Virus record (IMG/VR): IMGVR_UViG_3300014205_000201 | Reading direction: 5' to 3' (one strand) | Source: a virus | Lineage: Duplodnaviria; Heunggongvirae; Uroviricota; Caudoviricetes | Length of the DNA: 64,000 bases | Part shown: positions 1-10,448 of the stretch, in pieces | Layout: each line of letters begins with the position of its first letter | How positions within the stretch are numbered: position 1 is the first letter of the stretch | Made by a program: the position numbers and the translations under genes | The notes under the pieces: model-generated | Databases searched by the model: none | Told to the model about the DNA's origin: nothing | Seen by the model: the letters and a program-made list of their open reading frames with translations, nothing else

Positions 1-3000
1 CTAAGATTGCCTGAAGTGTTAAGATGCGTTTCTTCCAGAAGAACCGAATTAGTATAAGACTTTTTGGATTGAGGCAGTTTAATATCGAACTCTGAAATTT
101 TAGCGCCCGGTACTTCCATACCAGTTTCAAACCTAAATTCTGTAACAGCGTTTTCAACGTTTGATTCTCCTGTTGAGATTTTAATAATACGCTTATTTGT
201 TCCAGCGCCGACTTCTTTGATGGCTTCAAAAGTGTTTCCTCTAGCTGCCTCCAAGTATGGATCAGCAATTCTTGTTTCTGAGAATTGTTCACCTAATTTT
301 TGCTCTAAGACAGCTTTGCGTAGAGCTTTAATATCATTGGTTGCAATTAAGCTAGTTACTTCAGAGGTTTTATTATCCCCAAATGGTCTGCCTAAGACTT
401 CGCCTAATGTTTCTGTACCTTCAAGGTTACTTCTACCGATTTCTATTTGTTGTTCAGTTAATTTCTGCGATGCAATCTTTTGTGCATAACTTAACTCGCC
501 TTTAAGATTGAAAGCTCCTGTTTTTTTTGGCTCAAATACTTTTATTTCATCAAATGAAAAGGCTCGATTACCACCACCAATTATTGCTGAGTCAGCTTCA
601 GGAGTTGAAAGAAAAGCCGCCTCAGTTTCCCGTATCTTCGCAGAAGATACCCGTTCAGTCATATCAATCAAGTTAGGTTTAGACTGAGTTCTAACTTCTG
701 GACTCTTAACTATACCAACTTCGGTTCCAACATCAACACGACCATAAGTAGTAACTTCGCCAGCTTCAGGACTAACATAACGAACATTAACACGACCTAT
801 TTCTTTAGGCAAAACATCTAATGATGTAACAACTTTACCATTTACTGTTTTTGTCGTTATAACAACATTATTATTTTCTGTCCATAAATGAAGTTTATTC
901 TGATTTTTTAGTTCACCTAACGCATAATCAACAGGAGAACCAGACAATTCAACATTTTCTCCGTAATTTGGTACTGTTAATTCTTCTCCAGTTTTAATAA
1001 TTCTATTAGTAACAAATTTTGTACGCATATTTTCAAGGTTAGCATCTGGCAAATATATTTTACGTACCGTATTTGGTTCGTTACTCCAATTCATACCACG
1101 CGCATTTTTAGATTCCACATTTTGAATGGGTGCTCTAACAATAGAACCTTCTGCTAAATTGGTCTTAGCGAAAATACCTATGCCATGTATTTCACTATCT
1201 TTGACAGCGCCAATATGATCTTTTGCCAATAAATTACCATAAGGATCGACTTCTGGAATTATTCTACCAGAAGCATCAACGCCAGCTTCAGTTTCAAACA
1301 TTGGCTTCTGATAAGTCGTAATCTTCTGTTCGCCCGATATATCCATAACTCTACCAAGCGCTAAATCATCTATACTTTTAAATTTCATAGCTTCAGCATA
1401 AGTAACCCGTTTATTAGCAACATCAACGGTAGTTAAGCGAACAGTTTTTTCGCGGCTAGCTCTAATATTAGATAAATTAGCTTCAGCCATAACATCAGTA
1501 ACAGAAGATGCGCCTTTTATTTTACCCTCATAAGGTACATCAACAATACCCTTTCTAGGTAAAATCTCAATGTTACCTTTATTAATTGGTATTTGTTCAA
1601 CTGGAGAACGCATAACAACTTCATTAAGTTCTAGCACATCACCTTTAACACCGCCAATATGAAATTTTTCTACAGCAAACTTTGGCATATGAGGCATTAA
1701 CTTTCCGCCAACTTCACCTAATCCACTAAATCCGGCGGCGAATAAAGCATTCTGCGCTACACCTTCAGGAGTAACCTGACCTGTTTGAATATATTCAAAT
1801 CCAGCACCCGCTGGAGTCATGGAAGCCGTTTGTGCACCAACTCTTCCTAAAGAGGCACCAATAACCTGTTTTGTAGATGAAGCTGCTAAATAGATTTTTT
1901 CTCCAGCAACCGCAGTTCTTACGCCTATCTGTTCTCCACCCTTAGCTATTGTAAAACCAGCAACTTTAGCGCCGGTTTGACCACCATACTTAGATAGACC
2001 CTGCAGTGTTGCTTCACCTAAACCAGCAAATATGACACCAGTTGCACCAGCCTCAATTGCTTCTTGAGGAGTTAACAGACTTTTAGAAATGTCGCCATTC
2101 CATTCCCCAGCATTGTAATAAGTGGTGCCAGTCTTCATAACTTGACCAAGACCAATACCAATAGTAGCACCTTTAGCTACCGCTGTGGCTCCCACAAATG
2201 GAGCAGTTATAGCGGCACCAAGAATTTCTAACGCTAATACTCTCTGCTCATTCGAGCGAATAACAGGTTTAACACCAAAAGGCCCCTCAATATTAATATT
2301 AGAAAACGTAAACGTACTATTCTTGTTTACTTCTTGCTGAGGAGTTGGTTTCAACGTAAACTCTAAAGCGGCACCACTTGATGATTTCGGAATATTAGTA
2401 TTAGGAATATAAGTAATATTTGGAACTTCCTTAATCGACTCAATCTGCTCCGGTTTAATACCAACAGGCACCGCATATTTACCAGAAAACCGCGTAAAAT
2501 CTTGACCTGACGCTTTAGAAGCAGCATTATAAAAACTGATGCTTTCTTTAAATGAAGAAACCTCAGATGGAGCCATATACTGAACCGTCTGAGTTTTAGG
2601 ATTATAACCAGTAACTAACGAACCTTGAGGAATCTGCTTAAGCAACTCAGGATTTTGCTGCTGAATCTGCTTAGTTAAAACATTAGACACCATTTCTTTA
2701 CGTTCATAAGTAGTATAATAAATCGTTTGACCCGCAGGTACAGTGCTTTTGTATTGTGCGGCGGCTTGCGCTGTTTTCTGTTGGATTTCTGGGCGAGTAT
2801 AATAGGGGGAGGGTTGAGGGGATTGCCTTATTGAAGCTTTATATTGTTCAGCGGCTTGCGCTGTTTTCTGTTGGATTTCTGGACGAGTATAATAGGGGGA
2901 GGGTTGCTGATTTCGTGCCTGTGCAGCAGCTATCAACTGATTTTGTCTCGCTATAGCTGCGTTATAATCCGCCAGGCTAATTTGCCCAGAAGCGTATGCT

Positions 3001-3044
3001 TGCTGAAACTGAGCCTTCTGTTGCTGTAACTGTTGGATGCTCAT
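1..3044 (-). CDS. 5'-truncated (runs off window start) large protein of more than 1000 aa: N-terminal Q/A-rich coiled coil (MSIQQLQQQKAQFQQ...), an internal tandem duplication, then a long Gly/Ala/Thr-rich region. Tape-measure-like or cell-surface structural protein.
   Basis: ATG at rc 3042-3044 read by hand. No stop and no competing ORF of 60 aa or more across 490-2755 on either strand. Composition is typical of tape-measure or fibrous surface proteins. Function uncertain. Confidence 0.55.
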   Translation of the reverse strand, partial: MSIQQLQQQKAQFQQAYASGQISLADYNAAIARQNQLIAAAQARNQQPSPYYTRPEIQQKTAQAAEQYKASIRQSPQPSPYYTRPEIQQKTAQAAAQYKSTVPAGQTIYYTTYERKEMVSNVLTKQIQQQNPELLKQIPQGSLVTGYNPKTQTVQYMAPSEVSSFKESISFYNAASKASGQDFTRFSGKYAVPVGIKPEQIESIKEVPNITYIPNTNIPKSSSGAALEFTLKPTPQQEVNKNSTFTFSNINIEGPFGVKPVIRSNEQRVLALEILGAAITAPFVGATAVAKGATIGIGLGQVMKTGTTYYNAGEWNGDISKSLLTPQEAIEAGATGVIFAGLGEATLQGLSKYGGQTGAKVAGFTIAKGGEQIGVRTAVAGEKIYLAASSTKQVIGASLGRVGAQTASMTPAGAGFEYIQTGQVTPEGVAQNALFAAGFSGLGEVGGKLMPHMPKFAVEKFHIGGVKGDVLELNEVVMRSPVEQIPINKGNIEILPRKGIVDVPYEGKIKGASSVTDVMAEANLSNIRASREKTVRLTTVDVANKRVTYAEAMKFKSIDDLALGRVMDISGEQKITTYQKPMFETEAGVDASGRIIPEVDPYGNLLAKDHIGAVKDSEIHGIGIFAKTNLAEGSIVRAPIQNVESKNARGMNWSNEPNTVRKIYLPDANLENMRTKFVTNRIIKTGEELTVPNYGENVELSGSPVDYALGELKNQNKLHLWTENNNVVITTKTVNGKVVTSLDVLPKEIGRVNVRYVSPEAGEVTTYGRVDVGTEVGIVKSPEVRTQSKPNLIDMTERVSSAKIRETEAAFLSTPEADSAIIGGGNRAFSFDEIKVFEPKKTGAFNLKGELSYAQKIASQKLTEQQIEIGRSNLEGTETLGEVLGRPFGDNKTSEVTSLIATNDIKALRKAVLEQKLGEQFSETRIADPYLEAARGNTFEAIKEVGAGTNKRIIKISTGESNVENAVTEFRFETGMEVPGAKISEFDIKLPQSKKSYTNSVLLEETHLNTSGNL
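2752..2906. repeat. Two near-identical 63-bp direct repeats with a 92-bp period inside the large CDS; each copy encodes about QPSPYYTRPEIQQKTAQAA
   Basis: ttg(t/t)(g/c)(c/a)gcggcttgcgctgttttctgttggatttctgg(g/a)cgagtataatagggggagggttg occurs at 2752-2814 and 2844-2906. Confidence 0.9.
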
Positions 3045-3079
3045 TAGTATCTAATAAGAAGTAAGCAAGCACTAGCCAT

Positions 3080-3685
3080 TTAACTTTTACCTTTGACATG
3101 CGCACATAATTTTAATATCAATTTCAAAGTACGCAATGCCTCCATTGGTGAAGCTTTGCTAACCCCTAATTTACGTGCCTCAAAAACAAAAGGATACTCC
3201 ACAACCGAACAGTATTTTTTACTACGAACAAGCAAGTCTAGCCCGAACTTAAACCCATAAACATCAATCGGATACAACAAAAACACCTGGCGCTTCACCA
3301 GGATAAAACCACTCATATTATCCTTAATCTCAAGACGAAATAATACTTGAGCAAATAAACAGTAAACTCGGCTTATCATTTCTCGACTAAAAGAATCCTG
3401 TGTGCCGCCGCCTTTGATATAGCGTGAACCAATAACAATGTCATGGCCATTCCTAGCTAACCATAACATTTCAGAGATATATTTTGGGTTGTGGCTTCCG
3501 TCTGAATCGCAAACTAAAATGTATTCGCCCTTAGATCTTTTAACCCCACACATAACAGCATACCCCAATCCTATCTCAGATTGAATCAATATCTCAAAAG
3601 GCTCAGAAACACATCGACTAATTTCAGCCATCAATGTCGGAAGAAAAGGCTCTGACCCGAAGCATGGAATAATAATAGAAAGCAT
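3080..3685 (-). CDS. family-2 glycosyltransferase (dolichyl-phosphate sugar transferase-like)
   Basis: N-term IIIPCFG..., DxD-like ILVCDSDGSH, GSRY; GT-A fold signature. Confidence 0.65.
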   Translation of the reverse strand: MLSIIIPCFGSEPFLPTLMAEISRCVSEPFEILIQSEIGLGYAVMCGVKRSKGEYILVCDSDGSHNPKYISEMLWLARNGHDIVIGSRYIKGGGTQDSFSREMISRVYCLFAQVLFRLEIKDNMSGFILVKRQVFLLYPIDVYGFKFGLDLLVRSKKYCSVVEYPFVFEARKLGVSKASPMEALRTLKLILKLCAHVKGKS

Positions 3686-3686
3686 T

Positions 3687-4640
3687 CTATGTCGCCTTAC
3701 CTACTGGAAGTAGAACTGGTAATAAAGAAAGCGCATTTTTTACTTTAGCCCAAACTTCATCAGGTTTTTTATATATGTCTTTCTCCCATAATCTTAGAAC
3801 TATGTATCCTTGCTTCCCAAGTGTATCGTTTACAATCGAATCTCTAATAAGCGCTTTAGGTTGGGTATGCCAATAGTTTCCATCAACAAATATACAAAGA
3901 TTAGGTGAAATAAAAATATCAGGAAGCCCAAACAAAGCAACATGTGTTTTAAAAATAATATTATTTGTTGTCAGAAGAGACTGCATTAATCTCTCAGGTT
4001 TGGTATTGTTACATGATGAAAACGTTTTTGCCCTTTGTTTTAATCCTTTTTCAGATTTACAATATTCAATTAATTTTTTACTAATTTTTTCGGCTTGTCC
4101 TTCAACAAATGGATGCGGTTTTCCTTTTAATGCATTGCTTATTTTCAATTTTCTTTCTGTTGAAAGAGGACTACATTTTCTGCCATTATATTTTGCTGGT
4201 TTTCTTTTTTTCCCATTAAGAGGTCTGTGCTTTCCACGCATACCATAATTTGGATATTCTTCTTCATTAAATTTTTTTCCAACATGAGCGGCGCTCAATT
4301 TTTGTTTTGTTTCCTGAGTTAAGTGCCTTCCTTTAAGTGTTTCGCCTATTTTTCTTCGCCATTCATCGTTTTTAACTAATCCTTTTACACCACTTGGTTT
4401 TCCCCTTTTCGATTCACTTAGTTTTCGCTTTGTATCTTCAGACATAGGCTTCCCCTTATTCCAACTTGGTTTTCCCATATGGGAAATTGAGAGTTTTTGC
4501 CTAGTTTCTAATGAAAATATTTTATCTTTTTTGATTCCAGCTTTATGTCCGCATATGTATTTGCATCGAGGATTTATTATTAACTGACCACAACCACAAG
4601 CGCAATATTTTTGCTTAGTTTTATCCAAGATAACAACCAC
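3687..4640 (-). CDS. homing-endonuclease-like protein: N-terminal Cys cluster, three NUMOD3 repeats, C-terminal Vsr/DUF559-like PD-(D/E)XK domain
   Basis: Repeats ETRQKLSISHMGKPSWNKG / DTKRKLSESKRGKPSGVKG / ETKQKLSAAHVGKK. C-terminal IFVDGNYWHTQPKALIRD resembles Vsr FVDGCFWH. Confidence 0.55.
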   Translation of the reverse strand: MVVILDKTKQKYCACGCGQLIINPRCKYICGHKAGIKKDKIFSLETRQKLSISHMGKPSWNKGKPMSEDTKRKLSESKRGKPSGVKGLVKNDEWRRKIGETLKGRHLTQETKQKLSAAHVGKKFNEEEYPNYGMRGKHRPLNGKKRKPAKYNGRKCSPLSTERKLKISNALKGKPHPFVEGQAEKISKKLIEYCKSEKGLKQRAKTFSSCNNTKPERLMQSLLTTNNIIFKTHVALFGLPDIFISPNLCIFVDGNYWHTQPKALIRDSIVNDTLGKQGYIVLRLWEKDIYKKPDEVWAKVKNALSLLPVLLPVGKAT

Positions 4641-4710
4641 TGAATTGCATTATATTATTACTTAAAGAAAAAATCATCTAAATATATAATTAATTGTTTA
4701 ACTGGAATTA

Positions 4711-4935
4711 TTATTGAGAGCAATATCGCTTAACCCCCAACAAAACAATAATTAAGGCAGATGGCAAAAGAACAGTTGCTTCAGCCAAATAACCATACTC
4801 CAATGCCACATCATCTAAACCAACACTAAAATAGAAGCTAGATTGATCACATAAGAAAACAAAATTAAAAATAGCTATAGCGAAAGTAACAAAAAGTGAT
4901 CCATAGAATAAATTAATCCATACTTGCTTATTCAC
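4711..4935 (-). CDS. small membrane protein (74 aa, 2 TM)
   Basis: hydrophobic ORF abutting the next gene. Confidence 0.4.
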   Translation of the reverse strand: MNKQVWINLFYGSLFVTFAIAIFNFVFLCDQSSFYFSVGLDDVALEYGYLAEATVLLPSALIIVLLGVKRYCSQ

Positions 4936-5484
4936 CTAGATTACTCCACGAATCAAAAAGAACTCCACTAACGCGGAAATCAATAATACCACTATACAAA
5001 CTATGAAAGTTACAGCAATGGTCTTCACAATTTCCGGATAAACCCCCGTAGTTTTTCGGGTAATGGTCTTTCCATCTAAATCCACAAAAACCGTTTTACG
5101 TTGCTTAAACAACTGCACCAACTTAATAGAACGCATAATAACATAAGCATAAACCGCTAACTCAACATATACAAATATGTTAATAAGACTCCACCACCAT
5201 GGCTGACCATAACTTGCAACCACAACTCCAGTATTCCACATAACATAACCAAGCCAAATCCATCCGGCACCAGGAATCATAGTTATACCAGCAACAACCA
5301 AATTATTATTAAAAATCGATGAGGGTGTGGCTACTTGAGATTTAGCATTATTATTTTCCATTATCGCTTGATTCTCGCTAGCCGTATGAACCGGTAAAAC
5401 ATTTGGTAATAATAATATAAAAAATAAAGCAATAAATATAATAGTGAATTGTTTAAAGCTGTGGAATCTTATATTATCAAACAT
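4936..5484 (-). CDS. polytopic membrane protein (182 aa)
   Basis: four or more hydrophobic helices; WWW motif. Confidence 0.5.
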   Translation of the reverse strand: MFDNIRFHSFKQFTIIFIALFFILLLPNVLPVHTASENQAIMENNNAKSQVATPSSIFNNNLVVAGITMIPGAGWIWLGYVMWNTGVVVASYGQPWWWSLINIFVYVELAVYAYVIMRSIKLVQLFKQRKTVFVDLDGKTITRKTTGVYPEIVKTIAVTFIVCIVVLLISALVEFFLIRGVI

Positions 5485-5878
5485 TAAGGCACCAACTTAC
5501 TTTGTGGAATACGCTGGAGACAACTACAATGCCGATTTTTCTTTCGGCCATGTTTAAGGCATTTATGTTTCTCGATATATTCTCTATTTAACCAAAACTG
5601 GTTTTTCTGACAGAAGTACCCGAAGTAATTAATAACTCTAGCCAACAGGACACCAATATATTATCTATCCCTAACTTGTTAAAAGCTTTGCCATCAACTA
5701 TCAGCATATAACAATGTGATAATACAGATACTTGAACCTACACAAACTAACCCAATGGAAAGCAAATTAATTGTTAAAAAAAGAATTATATCACAACCGC
5801 CAATAAATATCATAAGTAAACTAAAAAAGAGAATTATGTTAATGATTTGATTTTTAACGGCTTGCTGCATTCATATTT

Positions 5879-5902
5879 CACCAATTAGGATTAAACTGGC
5901 GG
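5879..5902. promoter_or_regulatory. IR motif variant (caccaattaggattaaactggcgg); the leftmost copy noticed
   Basis: CACCAATT-N8-AACTGGCGG. Confidence 0.4.
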
Positions 5903-5914
5903 ATTTTTGTATTC

Positions 5915-6319
5915 TTAGTCTTTTATTTTATTGTGTTGTGGAAGATTTTTATACCCTTTATTTTCAGCGAAACACTTTTGGGTACAATAAATTTGCTTTT
6001 TGCTATTAGGTATGAACAATTTTTTACAATTTAGGCAAACTTTTGGTGCCCATAGTTCACCATTCTTTCGCTCTCGGATGTGATGTATTATAGAATTTTT
6101 TTTACGATAATATTTCATTGTTCGTTCAATCTCTTTTTGTGGATTATCTATGTATTGAAAATGGGCTGCTTCTAACCTTTCCTTCTGATGCTTAATGTAA
6201 GAGCGGTGTGCAATATCTTTGCTTCTTTCTAAGTTTGCATAGTAATATTGTTTGCCACGTTCTCGCTCTGCTTCTTTTTGTTTCTCTGTCATTTTGGCGT
6301 ATCTTTCTGCGGTTGGCAT
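5915..6319 (-). CDS. basic zinc-ribbon protein, possibly a degenerate HNH (HHIRERKNG ... CLNCKK ... CTQKC)
   Basis: Lys/Arg-rich; Cys pairs CLNC and CTQKC. Confidence 0.4.
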   Translation of the reverse strand: MPTAERYAKMTEKQKEAERERGKQYYYANLERSKDIAHRSYIKHQKERLEAAHFQYIDNPQKEIERTMKYYRKKNSIIHHIRERKNGELWAPKVCLNCKKLFIPNSKKQIYCTQKCFAENKGYKNLPQHNKIKD

Positions 6320-6582
6320 TATTTATTATCATCCATTTGACGTTTACATAGTATTATCTGAATAACACGAAATCCTAACTTAGATAATTCATAATAAACA
6401 ATGTCGCCCTTTTTTAAAGAGATTATCAATGTTCTAGCTTTTGCGCGTTTAAGCGTTTCATTTAGGATTTTATTATTATTTGTTGCGAAATATTTTTCTG
6501 ACAACGGCGTTTGGTATAACAAAAAAAGAAGGTCTGTATCTTCTTTTGTAAGCCTTTTACATATTTCTAATACTTTCGTCAT
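6319..6582 (-). CDS. hypothetical protein (87 aa)
   Basis: ATGA stop/start overlap with the upstream gene. Confidence 0.4.
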   Translation of the reverse strand: MTKVLEICKRLTKEDTDLLFLLYQTPLSEKYFATNNNKILNETLKRAKARTLIISLKKGDIVYYELSKLGFRVIQIILCKRQMDDNK

Positions 6583-6588
6583 TTTATA

Positions 6589-6879
6589 TCACTGATTACT
6601 CCTCATACGTTGACTCTCAGAATTATATTCTGGTGGCGCACGAGAGATATTAGGTACTCTTAAATTTACCATATACACACCTCTATGAGGAATAAAAATA
6701 TCAGTAGTATAACTCATCAACAAACTTGCAAACGATGTCATACCATATCTTGGCTCTTTATGAATTAAAAGATATATCTCTTTATTTTCTTTTAACACCA
6801 ATTCAAGTTGTTCTATCAAGGATAAATGATTATAGTAGAACTTTGTTTTAATATCTTTTTTTATTATAGCATCGTTCAA
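6589..6879 (-). CDS. hypothetical protein (96 aa)
   Basis: co-directional packing. Confidence 0.4.
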   Translation of the reverse strand: MNDAIIKKDIKTKFYYNHLSLIEQLELVLKENKEIYLLIHKEPRYGMTSFASLLMSYTTDIFIPHRGVYMVNLRVPNISRAPPEYNSESQRMRSNQ

Positions 6880-6898
6880 TATATGTCACCCATTTTTA

Positions 6899-7363
6899 TT
6901 ATCTATCCAAACTGTCAGTATTACTTTTTCCATAATACAATTTATTTAAGAAATCATTTATTTGGTTAAATGCATCATAGGCTTGGTGTACTCTTAGTTC
7001 ATCATACTTGGCAATTATTTTTTGAATGGCGAGTATTGATTTGTTATTAGAAATATTCAATCCAGATAACAAATTATCCATCATACTAACTGCTGAAGCA
7101 TATTGTCCTTTATCAAAACATTGTGAGATATTATTTACTTGTTCAGCAACACGCACAGGCCAAAGGCTATTTTTCATTGTATGCCCACCATTGAATGTGG
7201 CAAATGGATAAAGTTGGATAAATGAAATAAATCCATCCTTTTCACTTTTCAAAATCTGGCTTGTCGGAACAACTATGTAATCACTACTAAAATATTTAAC
7301 TAAATCTTCAATCACTGTTTTGTTTGAGCAAGTTATTTTTATTGTTAGTTTTTCACTTTGCAT
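6899..7363 (-). CDS. hypothetical protein (154 aa)
   Basis: co-directional packing. Confidence 0.45.
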   Translation of the reverse strand: MQSEKLTIKITCSNKTVIEDLVKYFSSDYIVVPTSQILKSEKDGFISFIQLYPFATFNGGHTMKNSLWPVRVAEQVNNISQCFDKGQYASAVSMMDNLLSGLNISNNKSILAIQKIIAKYDELRVHQAYDAFNQINDFLNKLYYGKSNTDSLDR

Positions 7364-7513
7364 TTATTTAATCACCTATTACTTTTAATGCACTATTACA
7401 TTTTCAATTGTTTTACTATCGTAATTATCCCAATCGTGCAATTCAATATGCAATCTGTAATGACTATACACCGTAAATCTGCGCCTACAGCGCTTACATT
7501 TATAAATCACTCA

Positions 7514-7735
7514 TTATTCACCTTTCGCGATAGTTATGTCCTTTGCAAAGGCAGCCTGTTCGCCTAGTTTATAATAGCAATATTCACGGTCTGTTGTTTT
7601 ATTATGGTTAGTCACCAAATCGCCCAGTATCTTTTCCAACATATGAAACATCTCATATGCTTTTGGTTGAGAGAAATCCAAGCAAGCAAATGCATTGGCA
7701 AGTTTTCTTATCTGATTATCTGTTAAGGTTTTCAC
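7514..7735 (-). CDS. hypothetical protein (73 aa)
   Basis: overlaps the next gene start by 4 nt. Confidence 0.4.
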   Translation of the reverse strand: MKTLTDNQIRKLANAFACLDFSQPKAYEMFHMLEKILGDLVTNHNKTTDREYCYYKLGEQAAFAKDITIAKGE

Positions 7736-8025
7736 TTTTCGACACCAGCTACATTAGATTGATTTTTATTTGGACTTAAATAGAAAACATATATGGAAGC
7801 TTCATTTGGATATTCACAGAACATTAATTCTTCTAATTGACTCCTGAGAGTACATAACGCTTTGTATGCTAACTCAGCCTTTTTTTCTCCTGCTTTTGCT
7901 CTCGAATATTTATTATGGTTTTCATTATGTATATCACACATTCTTGAAACTAACTTATCATTTAACTCATACAAGTTTAACCCAATTTTCTTATAGTAAT
8001 CCATTGTAAACTTTCCTTTTTGCAT
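7732..8025 (-). CDS. hypothetical protein (97 aa)
   Basis: SD AAGGGAG 8 nt upstream; IR motif just upstream. Confidence 0.5.
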   Translation of the reverse strand: MQKGKFTMDYYKKIGLNLYELNDKLVSRMCDIHNENHNKYSRAKAGEKKAELAYKALCTLRSQLEELMFCEYPNEASIYVFYLSPNKNQSNVAGVEK

Positions 8026-8027
8026 TG

Positions 8028-8336
8028 TTATGACTCCCTTTGTTTGTCACCAGTTACAGCCAAACTGTCAGTTGTTGGCATGTGATCAATGAGATACTGA
8101 AATTTCTTACCCTCGCCCATTCCATACTGATAACCAATAAGGAATATTGTGTGTTCGCATAAAGCGCTCGAAGTAAGCAGTATCTTTCCAAAGTTTTCAC
8201 CTATCTTGATCTTGTCATCGTTTTCTGAAGATACAATTTTGAAAAAAGTATTTTGTAGTAAATCAAGTTTTGCTTTATCTGAACAAGCGTTTTTCTTGTT
8301 GTTATTGGCACAGCATTGGTCACACATTTTATTCAC
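8028..8336 (-). CDS. Cys-rich hypothetical protein (102 aa; CDQCC...C)
   Basis: co-directional packing. Confidence 0.45.
   Translation of the reverse strand: MNKMCDQCCANNNKKNACSDKAKLDLLQNTFFKIVSSENDDKIKIGENFGKILLTSSALCEHTIFLIGYQYGMGEGKKFQYLIDHMPTTDSLAVTGDKQRES
8047..8071. promoter_or_regulatory. IR motif copy (tcaccagttacagccaaactgtcag)
   Basis: then SD AAGGGAG and the ATG at 8025 on the minus strand. Confidence 0.55.
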
Positions 8337-8353
8337 CAGAATCTCGATAATTG

Positions 8354-8809
8354 TCAGATAGTTTCTGGCGCAGTTAATCCTTTAGTGCAGAATCCTTTGA
8401 CTATTCCAGTTGTTGTGTCTATAAGAGTAATTTTACCGAACACGGGCATGTAAGGTTTAAGACTATTAATAAATTGGCAGTAGCTAGAGTAATCCTTGTG
8501 GATAGTAATTAAAGTATGAAAATCGATTGCTTTTGCGACCATGAGGACAGCAGCATTATTTAGAAGAAATGTTTTAGCGTCTGGCACATCAGCGCGTGTA
8601 TTGGATATTTCTATGAATGCCATAAGGGGCAATCCAAGTTTTGCGAAGTTAGGTACACATTGAAAATCAAGAAGGCCCTCCTGCTCTATCTTTTCTCTTA
8701 TTCTTGTTACGGTAGGTTGTGATACGCCAGCTATTTTTGCTACTTGACGGTCACTACCTCTTGGGCATTTCATAAATGCATTATATACTTTTTGTTTGTT
8801 TCCAATCAT
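8354..8809 (-). CDS. Lrp/AsnC-family transcription regulator (HTH + RAM-like C-term)
   Basis: RGSDRQVAKIAGVSQPTVTRIREKIEQEGLL HTH; 151 aa is typical size. Confidence 0.65.
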   Translation of the reverse strand: MIGNKQKVYNAFMKCPRGSDRQVAKIAGVSQPTVTRIREKIEQEGLLDFQCVPNFAKLGLPLMAFIEISNTRADVPDAKTFLLNNAAVLMVAKAIDFHTLITIHKDYSSYCQFINSLKPYMPVFGKITLIDTTTGIVKGFCTKGLTAPETI

Positions 8810-8880
8810 TTCAGATACACCATTTGAATAGTTAGTAATGTAGTGCTAACTTGTATATATAATTAACGATAAAAAGAGAG

Positions 8881-9183
8881 TTATCGTTTAAAGAAACGAC
8901 TCTTATTCAATATTAAATACGTAACGGCAAAGGTAGCTATCGAACAACAAATAACCGATTCAACACCAACCCAAAGACCACCAACAGCAACCGTTCTAAA
9001 ATCGCTAAGTGCCACCGTCATATTATACGCAGAACCAAACGCCTGGTTGGTAATATCGAATATTGCAGTTTCAGTATAGAGAACTATAGCAAGTTGACCA
9101 ATACCCCAACCGTAACCATTTATGATTAGCAGCAGTAAACAAACGGCAACTAAATTATTCTTTAACTTAGAGTTCATCATCAT
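8881..9183 (-). CDS. small membrane protein (100 aa)
   Basis: N-terminal TM; ATGA overlap with the upstream gene. Confidence 0.45.
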   Translation of the reverse strand: MMMNSKLKNNLVAVCLLLLIINGYGWGIGQLAIVLYTETAIFDITNQAFGSAYNMTVALSDFRTVAVGGLWVGVESVICCSIATFAVTYLILNKSRFFKR

Positions 9184-9419
9184 TCACCAGTTTTGTTGTA
9201 ACTGTCAATCTTTCTTTCATGCCACCAAATATAGAAGCCTAAACTAATAGAAATAATTACAGCGCCAAAAATTATGTAAGGCAAAATTGATATAAGATTT
9301 AGTGGCCCAGGGCAACCTTGCCAAGTAGTACAGCTATACTTAGCTGGATTAAAGAAGCGGTCTATCTCTTCCCACCAAGTTAAGTTTGCTAAATGCTGAT
9401 GCCAAGCTTCACTCAACAT
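9180..9419 (-). CDS. small membrane protein (79 aa)
   Basis: TM helix; Trp-rich. Confidence 0.45.
   Translation of the reverse strand: MLSEAWHQHLANLTWWEEIDRFFNPAKYSCTTWQGCPGPLNLISILPYIIFGAVIISISLGFYIWWHERKIDSYNKTGE
9184..9208. promoter_or_regulatory. IR motif copy (tcaccagttttgttgtaactgtcaa)
   Basis: abuts the start codon at 9183. Confidence 0.5.
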
Positions 9420-10051
9420 ACATCACCAGTTTTATCATTTTGCAATCTAACAGATAGACAGTCTTTACGACCAGCAACAAAAGAATGTGTATGATAAGCT
9501 TTTACAAGACTAGTATTTTGTACACCTAATTTTAATTTACCAGGTGGATCAATCAACCATGGTTTTTCTTTTATTATTAAACCACGCATTTCATCTTCTA
9601 ATTGTAAATATAGTTTTTCCCTAAAGATCGGATCCTTGTTTTTCTGTGAACGATAATCAAGTAATTTCATCAAAACAATTGCCCTTTCTTTTTTCTGTAC
9701 TAAATAGGGAATGATCTTTGGCAAAATAATTCTTTGAGCATTAGGATAAAAACGTAAGTCATACCCGATTGCAGCAACTTCACCCTCTCGTTTAAAACGC
9801 ATTACAACAATATTTCCCAAACCACAAATCGAGTTTTTTATAAATTCAATATTATGTTTATTCATACTATTTATATTAACACGAGGCTCAAGTTCATAGC
9901 CACGATTACTGCCTTTCCATTTTTTTAGAAGCTTAGGGTTCTTATAATGTCTAAAGAGCATTATACATCCTTCACCATCGACCATTCCAGCGAGATACGC
10001 CCATGTCGTTTCTGGTATAGTTATATCGATTGCCATCACATATTCCACCAA
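9413..10051 (-). CDS. free-standing LAGLIDADG homing-endonuclease-like protein (paralog of 13729-14280)
   Basis: WAYLAGMVDGEGCIML matches the LAGLIDADG consensus; shares IILPKIIPYLVQKKE with the paralog. Confidence 0.65.
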   Translation of the reverse strand: MVEYVMAIDITIPETTWAYLAGMVDGEGCIMLFRHYKNPKLLKKWKGSNRGYELEPRVNINSMNKHNIEFIKNSICGLGNIVVMRFKREGEVAAIGYDLRFYPNAQRIILPKIIPYLVQKKERAIVLMKLLDYRSQKNKDPIFREKLYLQLEDEMRGLIIKEKPWLIDPPGKLKLGVQNTSLVKAYHTHSFVAGRKDCLSVRLQNDKTGDVC

Positions 10052-10448
10052 TTACAACTAATTGGTTATTTATGAATTAAAAGCTTGTGCTCACTAGCCA
10101 CATTATCATAACTGTCACTCATTCTAGAAATCTCTTCTCAGGATGTTTGCTATAATAATAGTAAATCCCTAAGAAAATAAAAGGCACAGCAATCATACAA
10201 ATATAGCCTATTGCTGATACAATAGGATTTGATACTAAATCTACCACTTGTTTGTAGCCTTGTAATGCTGACATAGTCACTTATTCTCCATCTTATCGTC
10301 TGCATTTAACGGTAAGGTCCAGTAGGCCAATAGCCAAATACCACCGCTATAACCATTATTGCAATACCAGACGCGAACATTAAAGTTAGGGGTACAAGAA
10401 CCACTCCGGCTGGACCTTGATATGCTTCTTTTATTTCATTCCAAAACT

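Noticed and set aside
217-3029. Plus-strand ORFs 217-489, 2756-2956 and 2844-3029
   Set aside because: They overlap the long minus-strand CDS (<1-3044). The last two are produced by the tandem repeat.
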